This document shows positions 26,898 through 35,522 of a DNA stretch of 64,000 bases, in pieces. This DNA comes from Candidatus Acetothermia bacterium (GTDB taxonomy: Bacteria; Bipolaricaulota; Bipolaricaulia; RBG-16-55-9; JANLFV01). The position numbers were made by a program, and so were the translations under genes. The stretch lies in the NCBI GenBank assembly GCA_024653345.1, contig JANLFV010000005.1:790-64789 (forward strand), written 5' to 3'. Position 1 is the first letter of the stretch, and each line of letters opens with the position of its first letter. Below the pieces are notes generated by a model. That model made no database searches. It saw nothing but the letters and a program-made list of their open reading frames with translations, and was not told where the DNA came from.

Positions 26898-28517
26898 CTA
26901 GAGGACTTCCCGGCCCGGTTCGAGGAGGAGGACTCGCAGGATGAACGGCGGTATCGCCAGGGCCCTTCTCGCCCGCCACGGCTGGCGTAGCAGCCGGTAG
27001 AGCCATTCCAGGCCGAGCTGGCGCAGAACGCGCGGGGCCCGCGGGAGCCGCCCCGAGAGGACATCGAGGCTCCCTCCGACCCCGATGAGGACCTTTGCCT
27101 TGAGCTCACGCTTGTGCTCCAGCATCCACAGCTCCTGCCGCGGGACGCCCAGCCCGACGAGCAGAACCTCGGCCTCGGAGGCGTTGATCAGCCCGATGAT
27201 CTCGCGGTCATCAGCGAAGTAGCCGTGATGGGTTCCCACGATCCTGATCCCCGGGAAGCGCTCCTCCAACTGCGCCTTGGCCTCCTCGGCTACGCCGGGA
27301 GCCGCCCCGAGGAGGAAGAGCCTGTAGCCCCGCGAGGCCGCGCGCCGGCAGAGCTCCTCGGCCAGCTCGATCCCCGTGACCCGCTCCGGCAGGGGTGCTC
27401 TCCAGAAGCGCGAGGCCCAGACTATCCCCGTCCCGTCGGCGGTGACGAGGTCGGCCTGCTGATAGGCCTCCTTCAGCCTTTGATCCCGCTGGGCCCGCCA
27501 GAGGGCGGTCGTGTCGGGAGTCATGACGACCGCCTGCCGGCCCTCGGCCAGTCGCCGCTCGAGGAAGTCGGCCGCCTCCTGCAGCCTCAGCCGCGCTAGA
27601 GGGACGCCGAAGAGCCGAAGCTGCCTCTCCGTCGAGAGGAGCTGATCGCCCGCGGCCGGGCTCCCCCAGCGCCACAGGATGAAGCCCAGCGGGACAAGCC
27701 CGCCGAGGAGGAGTAGCCCCGGCCTGGGGGTGCGCCAGAGGACGAGGCCGATGCTGAAGTAGCTCGCCAACAGATAGAAGAGGAGGCCATGGTGTCGGAG
27801 GGTCCGGAGGAGCGCAGCCCGCTCGGCCGGGCCGTAAGCGATCGGGAGCGTGGTCGTCCAGAGCGGGAGCCCGAGCGAGAGCAGCGGCCCGAGCAGCGCC
27901 AAGGAGGCAGTCGTCTTGAGGACCCCGGCGATGGAGATGAGCGCCAGGGCAAAGCCCACGGCCTCGGGAGCGGCCAGCCCTCGGCCGCGGAGGAACCAGG
28001 CCGACAGGAGCCCGAGGAGGCTGACAACCAGGGCAAGGGCGAACAGCGGCGACTGGCCCTGAAATAGCCCGATGATCAAGAAGACTACGGTCGTGAGCAG
28101 CGCGATCTTCAGCCCCAGCCGCCCCGCGCTCCAGGAGTTGATCAGGCTCAATGAGTGGGCCACAACGGCGATCCAGCCGAGCGTGAGCGGGAGGCTGAGA
28201 TAGCTCAGGTAGATGAAGCCACCGCTGGGACTGGTGATGAAGGAGATCCTGAAGCCGGCAGCGTAGGCGATCCCGCCCGCGAAGAGGACCAGCGCAAGGC
28301 GGAGCCAGGGGCTGTTCCCCCAGCGCCTGCCGAGCGCACTTCCGACAAGGAGCATCGCCAGGCCCGCCCCCAGGCCGAGGAGCCGCCCGTCCGGGCCGAG
28401 CGGGATCAAGGCCAACGGCAGGGCGAGCAGACTCCGCCCTGGCCGGCGGCGGGCGAATGCCAGCCCGGCGATCAGCGCGAGCCCCAGGACCACCACCAGC
28501 TCCATTACAGTTGACAT
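26898..28517 (-). CDS. WecB/TagA/CpsF glycosyltransferase fused to a degenerate MraY/WecA-like membrane domain
   Basis: C-terminal ADGTGIVWA, ERVTGIEL, GLGVPRQE, GVGGSLD and LEWLYRL. N-terminal multi-TM region with SLPLTLGW. Confidence 0.88.
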   Translation of the reverse strand: MSTVMELVVVLGLALIAGLAFARRRPGRSLLALPLALIPLGPDGRLLGLGAGLAMLLVGSALGRRWGNSPWLRLALVLFAGGIAYAAGFRISFITSPSGGFIYLSYLSLPLTLGWIAVVAHSLSLINSWSAGRLGLKIALLTTVVFLIIGLFQGQSPLFALALVVSLLGLLSAWFLRGRGLAAPEAVGFALALISIAGVLKTTASLALLGPLLSLGLPLWTTTLPIAYGPAERAALLRTLRHHGLLFYLLASYFSIGLVLWRTPRPGLLLLGGLVPLGFILWRWGSPAAGDQLLSTERQLRLFGVPLARLRLQEAADFLERRLAEGRQAVVMTPDTTALWRAQRDQRLKEAYQQADLVTADGTGIVWASRFWRAPLPERVTGIELAEELCRRAASRGYRLFLLGAAPGVAEEAKAQLEERFPGIRIVGTHHGYFADDREIIGLINASEAEVLLVGLGVPRQELWMLEHKRELKAKVLIGVGGSLDVLSGRLPRAPRVLRQLGLEWLYRLLRQPWRARRALAIPPFILRVLLLEPGREVL

Positions 28518-28809
28518 TAAACCCGACGAGCCCGGTCAAGTGAAAGAAGGGGGTGAGATGGACTCCGGACCTTTGTCCCCTGGCACGGCAGCCTCGGCCG
28601 ATTCCAGCCAAATCATAACCTCGGCGGGCAGCCCCAGGTTAAGGTCTATGACGCCGCAGTGGTCGCTCGCGTCAATACTCCGTCAGGTATCCCGTCTCAA
28701 GAGCATGAACACGGCACGCTGGGGGTTGCGCAAGAGTGGGTAGTTGCTTTATTATGATCGCTATTAAGGAAAGGTGGTCGCCGAACCCCATGGAGATGGG
28801 AGGGTCGAT

Positions 28810-29796
28810 ATGGGTGTTGAGTTCTCGCCTCAAGAAGTTATTGAATTCTTAGGAGGCCGGGACGAGTTTCGCAAGTTCCTTGGACAAAAGGTCCACGCCG
28901 CCGAGGTGGCTAAGAGCCTAGTGGAGGCGGCCTTGGCCGGCAAAGGTGATGCCTACAGCTCTTCTCTTCAGGACACAATCAACCGCATTGGTGAGCTCTT
29001 AGGGTTCCAAGTGACATACGGGGAATACCGGAGTGGGCCGGACGGGATCTGGCTCTCCTCGATGGACCGTGCTCTCGTAGTGGAAGTGAAGACCTCCACC
29101 AGCTTCCGCATCTCCCATGAGGTGCTCTTGGGGTATATGGACCAGGTCAAGAGCGAGCGCGGAGTCCCCAAGGGGAGTGTTCTGGGGCTCTATGTCATCG
29201 GGCGTCAAGAGGATGACACAACTCAGATTGAGGACAGTATCAGGGGCGGGGGCCGCGAGCGCGAGCTGCGCATGATCTCTGCCCATGAACTGATCGCGCT
29301 CTTGGAACTGAAGGAAGAAGCAGGACTAGACCATGAGCAAGTCCTGGTCTTCTTGCCGCTTGACTTGGTCAACTTAGGCCCACTTATCCGCCAGGTGAGG
29401 GCGATGCTTCTTGCTTGCGCTCGCGGTGAGGGTGCTCAGCCTGAAACTCCTACACTGGAAGAACCATCCCTGCCTCCTAAAGGCAAGCGGCGGCTGGTAA
29501 GACTCAAAGACCTATTGAAACGAGGGATCATAGAGCCGGGGATGGAATTTCATGCGAAGCGTAAAGGCAAGGAGTATACGACTACAGTCTCTGCCAATGG
29601 CAAGTTGATCTTGGGCAAGAAAGAGTTCGAAACGCCTTCAGCTGCCGCCTGCGCTGCGGCCAAGACCACTGCCGAAGATGGGTGGTTCTTCTGGCACTAT
29701 AGAGATGCCCAGACTGGCCAGCTGGCCCCGATTGCCGAACTCCGGGCCAAGCTAACCGGCGGGCTCCGCAACCCTTACCTGCCGAAGGGAAAATGA
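28810..29796 (+). CDS. PD-(D/E)xK nuclease fused to a RAMA-like domain (putative modification-dependent restriction enzyme)
   Basis: LQD..N.IGELLGF, PDGIW...VVEVKT nuclease motif. C-terminal LKDLL..G.IEPG...FETPSAAA...DGWFFW. More AT-rich codon usage. Confidence 0.7.
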   Translation: MGVEFSPQEVIEFLGGRDEFRKFLGQKVHAAEVAKSLVEAALAGKGDAYSSSLQDTINRIGELLGFQVTYGEYRSGPDGIWLSSMDRALVVEVKTSTSFRISHEVLLGYMDQVKSERGVPKGSVLGLYVIGRQEDDTTQIEDSIRGGGRERELRMISAHELIALLELKEEAGLDHEQVLVFLPLDLVNLGPLIRQVRAMLLACARGEGAQPETPTLEEPSLPPKGKRRLVRLKDLLKRGIIEPGMEFHAKRKGKEYTTTVSANGKLILGKKEFETPSAAACAAAKTTAEDGWFFWHYRDAQTGQLAPIAELRAKLTGGLRNPYLPKGK

Positions 29797-29866
29797 AGAA
29801 GAGCATTGGCTGGTTCTAAAGTCAACCGTGGTCCATCTTCAAAATCCCGGGGAGCTTGGAGTGCCG

Positions 29867-29944
29867 ATGGCCGGGAAGCGGGAGGCGGTGTATGAGGCGG
29901 TGGTCTCGCTGCTGCGGGCGCGGCTGGAGAACGTAAAGAGCATC
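29867..29944 (+). repeat. Relic gene tail, copy A (resembles the C-terminus of type IIG / N6-methylase RM proteins)
   Basis: Encodes MAGKREAVYEAVVSLLRARLENVKSI and aligns without gaps to 30774-30851. Confidence 0.65.
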
Positions 29945-29950
29945 CGAGAT

Positions 29951-30670
29951 ATGCACTTGATTTACATGGACGACTCTCGTGATGAGCAACTTTGCGCATT
30001 CTCGGCTCTAGCTGTGCCAGCAGATCAATGGCAAGAGGCATTTGCCCAAGTGCGCGCGTTCAGGCGCGGCCTTAAGAGATCTGATGGAATCTATGTTTAT
30101 AAAGAGCTTCATGCCTGGAAATTTGTCTCAGGACGAGGCAAGATCTCTGATCGAGTGGTTCCTAAAGGCCGGCGCTGTGAAATCTTCAAACAAGCCTTGC
30201 AAATGGTTGCTAGCCTTCCGGGAAGTCGTCTCTTCAACGCCGTATTCCCTGCCAAGCAAGATACTTGGGCATTCGAGTGACTGCTCAATCGTATTAACCG
30301 GACTATGAGCGCTTGGGATAGTCGAGCCATCTTGATCTGTGATACTGGTAAGGAGTTAGCCTATATACGCCTAGTTCGCCGCTTGCATATCTACAACCCT
30401 ATACCCAGTAAACACGGGGTCTGGGAAGATACAGGCACAGCGACGAAAAATATCCCCATTGAGCGCATTATTGAAGATCCGTTCTTCAAGCGCTCGGAGC
30501 AATCGTACTTCATCCAGTTAGCTGATTTTTGCGCTTATGCGCTCTTACGGAAGGAGCGACCGGTCCCCTCCAAGACAGAATATGGCTTAGATCGCGCGTT
30601 TGAATTGCTCAAGCCTATCCTGGTCTTGGAGGCAAGCCCCCGGGATCCTGAAGGCGTTATTCGTCCTTAG
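29951..30670 (+). pseudogene. DUF3800 (RNase H-like) protein with an in-frame TGA at 30278-30280
   Basis: N-terminal IYMDDS, ELH, LICDTG and SYFIQLADFCAY motifs. The two ORF halves share a frame (AFE*LLNRINRTM). Confidence 0.8.
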
Positions 30671-30673
30671 CCT

Positions 30674-30725
30674 CAAAAAGAAGAGCAGGGCCTAGCTCCG
30701 CCACCGAGGACGGGTTCGGTCCTGC
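30674..30725 (-). ncRNA. Candidate small hairpin RNA convergent with DUF3800
   Basis: Own promoter. Predicted +1 near 30725 coincides with the stem start GCAGG...CCTGC, which is followed by TCTTCTTTTT. Confidence 0.5.
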
Positions 30726-30731
30726 ATAACT

Positions 30732-30760
30732 ACTATAACAGCTCGTCGGACGAATGTCAA
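30732..30760 (-). promoter_or_regulatory. Near-consensus sigma70 promoter with no downstream CDS
   Basis: TTGACA (30760-30755)-17 nt-TATAGT (30737-30732) with an extended -10 TG. Confidence 0.75.
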
Positions 30761-30773
30761 GTGCTGTGAGGTG

Positions 30774-30853
30774 ACGGCGGGCGAGCGCGACGCTGTCTAT
30801 GAGGCAATGATCGCACTGGTGCAATCGCCGCTGGAGAAGGTAAAGTGTATAAT
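30774..30853 (+). repeat. Relic gene tail, copy B
   Basis: Encodes TAGERDAVYEAMIALVQSPLEKVKCI, 14/26 aa identical to copy A with many third-position differences. Confidence 0.65.
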
Positions 30854-30871
30854 GGGAGAAGGTGAGACGAC

Positions 30872-31092
30872 ATGGGCAAGTATCAGTTTACTGTTGTCGT
30901 AGAGAGCGATGAGGATGGCGTGTATATCGCCTCCTGCCCCGCAGTTCAGGGATGCTACTCCCAGGGGGTACCTACGAAGAGGCATTAAGGAATCTTAAGG
31001 ATGCCATCAAGCTGCACATTGAGGCGCGCCGGAGCGTGGGAGAGCCGATTCCCATCGAGATCGCCGTAGATCGGGTAGAGATTGATGTCTAA
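30872..31092 (+). pseudogene. hicB: HicB-family antitoxin with a frameshift in a G-run near 30964-30968
   Basis: MGKYQFTVVVESDEDGVYIASCPAVQGCYSQG, then TYEEALRNLKDAIKLHIE...GEPIP in another frame. Confidence 0.8.
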
Positions 31093-31282
31093 GCTCCGCC
31101 CAGCCAAGTCCGAAGAAGTGCAGAGGATCTTAGAGCAGCTGGGCTTTCAGCCCATCCGTCAAAGTGGCAGTCACGCTGTCTACCGCTATCCTAATGGCCG
31201 CTGGACTGCGGTGCCCCTTCATCCAGGCAGGGAGGTATCCAAAGGGACGCTGAGAGTCGATGAATTTGAAGCGTTGTGCTGA
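31085..31282 (+). pseudogene. hicA: HicA-family toxin, apparently with an internal deletion near the C-terminus
   Basis: RQSGSHAVYRYPNGRWTAVPLHPGREVSKGTLR joins directly to VDEFEAL, missing the usual intervening helix. Confidence 0.7.
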
Positions 31283-31326
31283 CGGTTGGGGAGCGCGCCA
31301 CATTCTCTAAGGCTATGGGTGAGCGA

Positions 31327-32721
31327 TTACTTCCCCACACAGAAGTTGGCGAAGATCCGGTCGATGACCTCCTCGGTGAGGTTCTCCCCGGTCAGCTCGC
31401 CCAGGATCGCCAGGGCCTCCTCCAGCCCGGTCGCCAGCAGGTCCGGGGTCGCCCCCGCTCTGGCGTCGGCGAGGGTCGCCTTTAAGGCCCCTTTCGCCCG
31501 CTGGAGCAGCTCCTTCTCGCGGATGTTCAATAAGAACAGGCCTTCAGGCCTCTCGAGCCGGCCCTCCCAGACCAGCCCGACCAGCCGCCCCTTCAGCTCC
31601 TCGAGGCCGGTGCCGAGCTTGGCCGAGATCTCTAGGACGCCTTCGGGCTCGATTCCCAGGGCCACAACCGCCTCTTGCGGAGAGAAGCTCTTCTCGAGGT
31701 CGGCCTTATTCAACACCAGGATGGTGCGCTTCCCCTGTAGTCTCTTGGCGATCAGCCGGTCCTCCGCCGTGAGCGGCTCGCTCAGGTCGAGCAGGAAGAG
31801 CACCAGGTCCGCCCCCTCCGCGGCCTTGAGGGCCAGCTCGACCCCGAGCCGCTCGACCGCGTCATGGACCTCCCGGACCCCGGCGGTGTCGATCAGTTTG
31901 AAGGGGATTCCCTCGAGCTCGACCCACTCCTCGAGCCGGTCCCGGGTCGTCCCCGGGAAGGGGGTGACGATGGCCCGCTCCTCCTGGAGGAGGGCGTTCA
32001 AGAGCGTGGACTTCCCCACATTCGGCCGGCCGATGAGCGCGACCGCCAGCCCCTCGCGGATGATCCGCCCATCCCGGCCGTGCTCGAGGAAGTATTCTAC
32101 CTGAGCGAGGGCCGCCTCCAGCTCCCCGAGGAGCCGCTCTCGCGGGAGGGCCTCCTCCTCGTAGTCGGGGAAGTCGAGCCCCACCTCAATCCCAGCCAGA
32201 AGGTCGAGGAGCCTCTCGCGGAGCTCTTTGATCGGGCGGGAGAAGCGGCCCTCGAGCCTTTGCATCGCGCATTCCAGCCCGAGCTCCGTCTTGGCTCGGA
32301 CGATCTCCAGGACCGCCTCGGCCTGGTCGATCGAGATCCGCCCATTGAGGAAGGCCCGCTTGGTGAACTCCCCCGGCCCGGCCGGCCGCGCACCCTTCGC
32401 CAGGACGAGCTCCAGGACCCGCCGGAGCGGGACGATTCCCCCGTGGCAGTCGATCTCCACCACATCCTCGCGGGTGTAGGTCCGGGGGGCACGCATCACG
32501 GCCACGAGGACCTCATCGACCCTCTCCCCGCCAGCCTCGATGAAGCCGTAATGGATGGTGTGACTCGGGGCATCCCGGAGCCTGATCCCCTTCGGTGAGC
32601 GGAAGAGTCCGTCGACGATCGCGATCGCCTGGGGGCCGGAGAGGCGGACGATCCCGATCCCACCCTCCCCGAGGGGGGTCGAGATCGCGGCGATCGTATC
32701 CTCAGTGTAGGCGCGGCTCAA
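31327..32721 (-). CDS. mnmE: tRNA modification GTPase MnmE
   Basis: DTIAAISTP, GEFTKRAFLNG, GRPNVGKS, GTTRD, DTAG, NKAD and FCVGK. Confidence 0.97.
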   Translation of the reverse strand: MSRAYTEDTIAAISTPLGEGGIGIVRLSGPQAIAIVDGLFRSPKGIRLRDAPSHTIHYGFIEAGGERVDEVLVAVMRAPRTYTREDVVEIDCHGGIVPLRRVLELVLAKGARPAGPGEFTKRAFLNGRISIDQAEAVLEIVRAKTELGLECAMQRLEGRFSRPIKELRERLLDLLAGIEVGLDFPDYEEEALPRERLLGELEAALAQVEYFLEHGRDGRIIREGLAVALIGRPNVGKSTLLNALLQEERAIVTPFPGTTRDRLEEWVELEGIPFKLIDTAGVREVHDAVERLGVELALKAAEGADLVLFLLDLSEPLTAEDRLIAKRLQGKRTILVLNKADLEKSFSPQEAVVALGIEPEGVLEISAKLGTGLEELKGRLVGLVWEGRLERPEGLFLLNIREKELLQRAKGALKATLADARAGATPDLLATGLEEALAILGELTGENLTEEVIDRIFANFCVGK

Positions 32722-33154
32722 TGACTACCCTCCGCTCCGCCCCCCGGCCCTCGGAGTAGGTCCGGACCCCGGCGAAGCCGGCCAGGGCCTCGTGGATCGC
32801 CTTCCGCTCCCAGGGCTCCATCGGGTTGAGCCGGATCCGCTTCCGCTCGGCCCGGGCCTCCTCTCCCAGCTTGAGGGCCATCAAGCGGAGCTCCTCCTTC
32901 CGCCGGAGGCGGTAGCTGTTGACATCGAGCTGGACCCGGACCCCCTCGTGCAGCCGCCGCTTCAGCGCGAGCTCCAAGAGGTAGTCGAGGGCCCGAAGAG
33001 CCTCCTGCTCCTGGCCGGAGAGGATTTCCATCCCCTTCAGGTCGATCATGACCATCCCCCCCTCCTCCTTCAGCTCGAGCTGGGCCGATTCGCCCAGGAT
33101 CTTGAGGAATCGCTCGAGATAGGCCCGGACGGCCGCCTCAACTTCGGGCTTCAT
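32702..33154 (-). CDS. jag: Jag/KhpB-like RNA-binding protein (KH-like plus R3H, no Jag_N domain)
   Basis: LDVNSYR...LNPMEPWERKAIHEAL...TYSEG...RRVVI, located between yidC and mnmE. Confidence 0.85.
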   Translation of the reverse strand: MKPEVEAAVRAYLERFLKILGESAQLELKEEGGMVMIDLKGMEILSGQEQEALRALDYLLELALKRRLHEGVRVQLDVNSYRLRRKEELRLMALKLGEEARAERKRIRLNPMEPWERKAIHEALAGFAGVRTYSEGRGAERRVVIEPRLH

Positions 33155-34721
33155 CGCCGTTCCCCTCCGCCTTCTCCGCGAGGAGCTGCTCCGTGGCCTC
33201 GAGGGGGACCGGCGCGAGCCGGGCCACCTCGCGGTTGATCAGCCACTGCTGGCCGAGCTGGACGATCGTGGTGAGGAGCCAGTAGAGCCACATCCCCGCG
33301 GGGAAGTTCCGCAGAAAGATCCCCATGAAGACCGGCATCCCCAGGGTGAGGAGCCAGTTCGGCTTCTGCCCGGTCGTGGGGGTGGAGAGCAGGCTCTGGA
33401 GGATCATGGCCAGGACATTCAAGGCCACGATGATGTAGTAAGGGTCCGCGACGGAGAGGTCGGCCATCCAGAGGAACCCCGGCGAGAGGTGGACCCGCTC
33501 GGCCGAATAGAGGATGGCCTGCCAGAGGACATAGAGGATCGGGAATTGAATCAACAGCGGCAGGCAGCCGGAGAGGGGGTTGATCCCCTCCTTCTGATAG
33601 AGCTCCATCATCTTCTTCTGGAGGAGCTTTTTGTCCTGCTTGTAGCGCTGCTGGAGCTGCTGGAGCTTCGGCTGGAGCCGCTGCATCCGGGCCATCGAGT
33701 AATACTGCTTCCGCATCAGGGGGAAGAGGAGGAGCCGGACGACGATGGTGAAGAGGATGATCGCCCAGCCGTAGTTCCCCGTGGCGGCGTAGAGCCAGTC
33801 GAGGAACCGGACGATCCCCACCAGGGCCCAGCCGAAGGCCCCCACATCGACGACGGCCTCAAGCCCCGAGAGCTGGAGCAGCGCCCACTTCGGCCGCCCG
33901 GCGTAGAGCGTGAAGCCGAAGGTCCGCTCCTCGCCCGGCGCGAGCTTGAGCTCGCCGGTCCTGACCCCGAGGAGCTTCCGCCCGCGCTCGTCCAGCTCCA
34001 CGCTCGGGGCCAGCGGCTTCCCCTGCCCCGCCGCGCGGCTCTTCAAGAAGAGGACCAAGACCTTCGTCACCACCCCCAGGCCATCGAAGCGCTCGTAGCT
34101 CGGGGGGACGGTCTCCGCCCGCTTCCCATCGAAGAGGTAGCGGACCTCGCCGGTGACGAACTTCCCCACGACTAGCTGGAACTGGTCCGTTCCCAGGAGC
34201 AGCTTGAAGCCCTCCAGGGAGAGTTCGCCCCCGCCCTGGTTCCGCAGGACCAGATCGAGGTCGACGGTGTAGGAGGGATCATCGCGGATGGTGTAGATTC
34301 TCTTGAGCTGCAAGGCCCCCACGGCCTTAGCGAACTCGAGCTGGACCTCTCTCGCCTCCTGCTTCAAGAGGCGATACTCCCAGGGCCCCTCGAGGCCGGC
34401 GAGCTGGAGCGTGAACGGGAAGACCCCGCCGGGGGTGTAGCTGCGGGCGAGCGTTGTGGGGTCGGTCGTGGTGTCGACGACCAGCTCTTGCTTCCTTAGC
34501 CCGTAGGGGGCGAAGTGGAGGAAGGCGCTCCGCAGCTCGCCGTTCTCGGTCGAGAAGAGGTAGTCAGCTAGCCCCGTCCGGACCTCGATCTCGCGATAGC
34601 CCTCTCGCTCCGACTCCTGCAGCTCGATCCGCCTTGAATCCTCGGCCCCGAGGGCCATCGTCCCGGCAAGGACAAGCGATGCCAGGAGCAGTATGGCTGA
34701 GCCTAGGGCAATCCTCTGCAT
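33138..34721 (-). CDS. yidC: Membrane protein insertase YidC
   Basis: GNYGWAIILFTIVVRLLLFPL, SMARMQRLQP, GCLPLLIQFPIL and FLWMADLSVADPYY. Confidence 0.95.
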   Translation of the reverse strand: MQRIALGSAILLLASLVLAGTMALGAEDSRRIELQESEREGYREIEVRTGLADYLFSTENGELRSAFLHFAPYGLRKQELVVDTTTDPTTLARSYTPGGVFPFTLQLAGLEGPWEYRLLKQEAREVQLEFAKAVGALQLKRIYTIRDDPSYTVDLDLVLRNQGGGELSLEGFKLLLGTDQFQLVVGKFVTGEVRYLFDGKRAETVPPSYERFDGLGVVTKVLVLFLKSRAAGQGKPLAPSVELDERGRKLLGVRTGELKLAPGEERTFGFTLYAGRPKWALLQLSGLEAVVDVGAFGWALVGIVRFLDWLYAATGNYGWAIILFTIVVRLLLFPLMRKQYYSMARMQRLQPKLQQLQQRYKQDKKLLQKKMMELYQKEGINPLSGCLPLLIQFPILYVLWQAILYSAERVHLSPGFLWMADLSVADPYYIIVALNVLAMILQSLLSTPTTGQKPNWLLTLGMPVFMGIFLRNFPAGMWLYWLLTTIVQLGQQWLINREVARLAPVPLEATEQLLAEKAEGNGDEARS

Positions 34722-34916
34722 TCCTTCCGGCCTCCGTCTGATGAAGCTGCTCTAGAGTCTAGTCGAGCGGGATTGCCATTGCAACTGCTCGAGGCCCCAG
34801 ATCGCGCGAGCGGTTGCTGGAGGAGGGCTCTTCCCGGTAAACGCGGCTTGCACTGCGCTCTCGGGGTTTCTCATGGATTGCCCCGCGCAGGCTGTCAAGG
34901 TAAACTCTAGGCCGAG

Positions 34917-35522
34917 ATGTTCACCGGGATCGTCGCTGGCCTGGGGGAGGTCGTGACCCTGGCCGGGGGAAGGCTGGTGATCCTTCCGCCCGCCGAGCTC
35001 CTTCCGCCGGCGGGGGGGAGCATCGCCGTGAACGGGGCCTGCCTCACCGCTTCCGAAGTTGAGGACGGGAGGTTTGCCGCGGACTTGAGCCCGGAGACCC
35101 TCAAGCGGACGAACCTCGGTGCGCTCCGCGCCGGCGAGAAGGTCAATCTCGAGCTCCCGCTCGCGGCTGGTGACCGGTTCGCCGGCCACCTCGTCCTCGG
35201 GCACATCGACGCCGTTGGCAAGATCGTGGCTATCGCGCCCCAGGGCGAGTCCTACCTCTTCTCCTTCGCCGTCGAGCCCCGCTTCGACCACCTCCTGGTG
35301 GAGAAGGGCTCGGTGGCCGTGGACGGGATCAGCCTCACCGCCTTCAACATCCGGGAAGGGCGGTTCGAGGTGGCGATCATTCCTCACACTTACAGGATGA
35401 CCAATCTGAAATACCGCCGGCCCGGGGACTTGGTGAATGTGGAATTCGACATCCTCGGGAAATACGTGGCGAAGCTCATGAACATGAAGGTGAAGGAGGT
35501 CTCATGGTCTTCGATCCGGTAG
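34917..35522 (+). CDS. ribE: Riboflavin synthase (alpha chain)
   Basis: MFTGIV start, [19 protein letters not shown] and [12 protein letters not shown]. Confidence 0.95.
   Translation: MFTGIVAGLGEVVTLAGGRLVILPPAELLPPAGGSIAVNGACLTASEVEDGRFAADLSPETLKRTNLGALRAGEKVNLELPLAAGDRFAGHLVLGHIDAVGKIVAIAPQGESYLFSFAVEPRFDHLLVEKGSVAVDGISLTAFNIREGRFEVAIIPHTYRMTNLKYRRPGDLVNVEFDILGKYVAKLMNMKVKEVSWSSIR

Noticed and set aside
717..30280. Genome-wide UGA recoding or selenocysteine at the two GAG-TGA-C sites
   Set aside because: Many genes here end normally in TGA, including ATGA overlaps. The two positions do not look like Cys sites, and a comparable TAG lesion exists in paaI.
31327..34900. Replication origin near yidC-jag-mnmE
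   Set aside because: No rpmH, rnpA or dnaA, and I saw no DnaA-box cluster or AT-rich unwinding element.
34722..34916. FMN riboswitch ahead of the rib genes
   Set aside because: No RFN consensus is visible and the promoter sits 10 nt from the ATG. ribD is also absent from the window.
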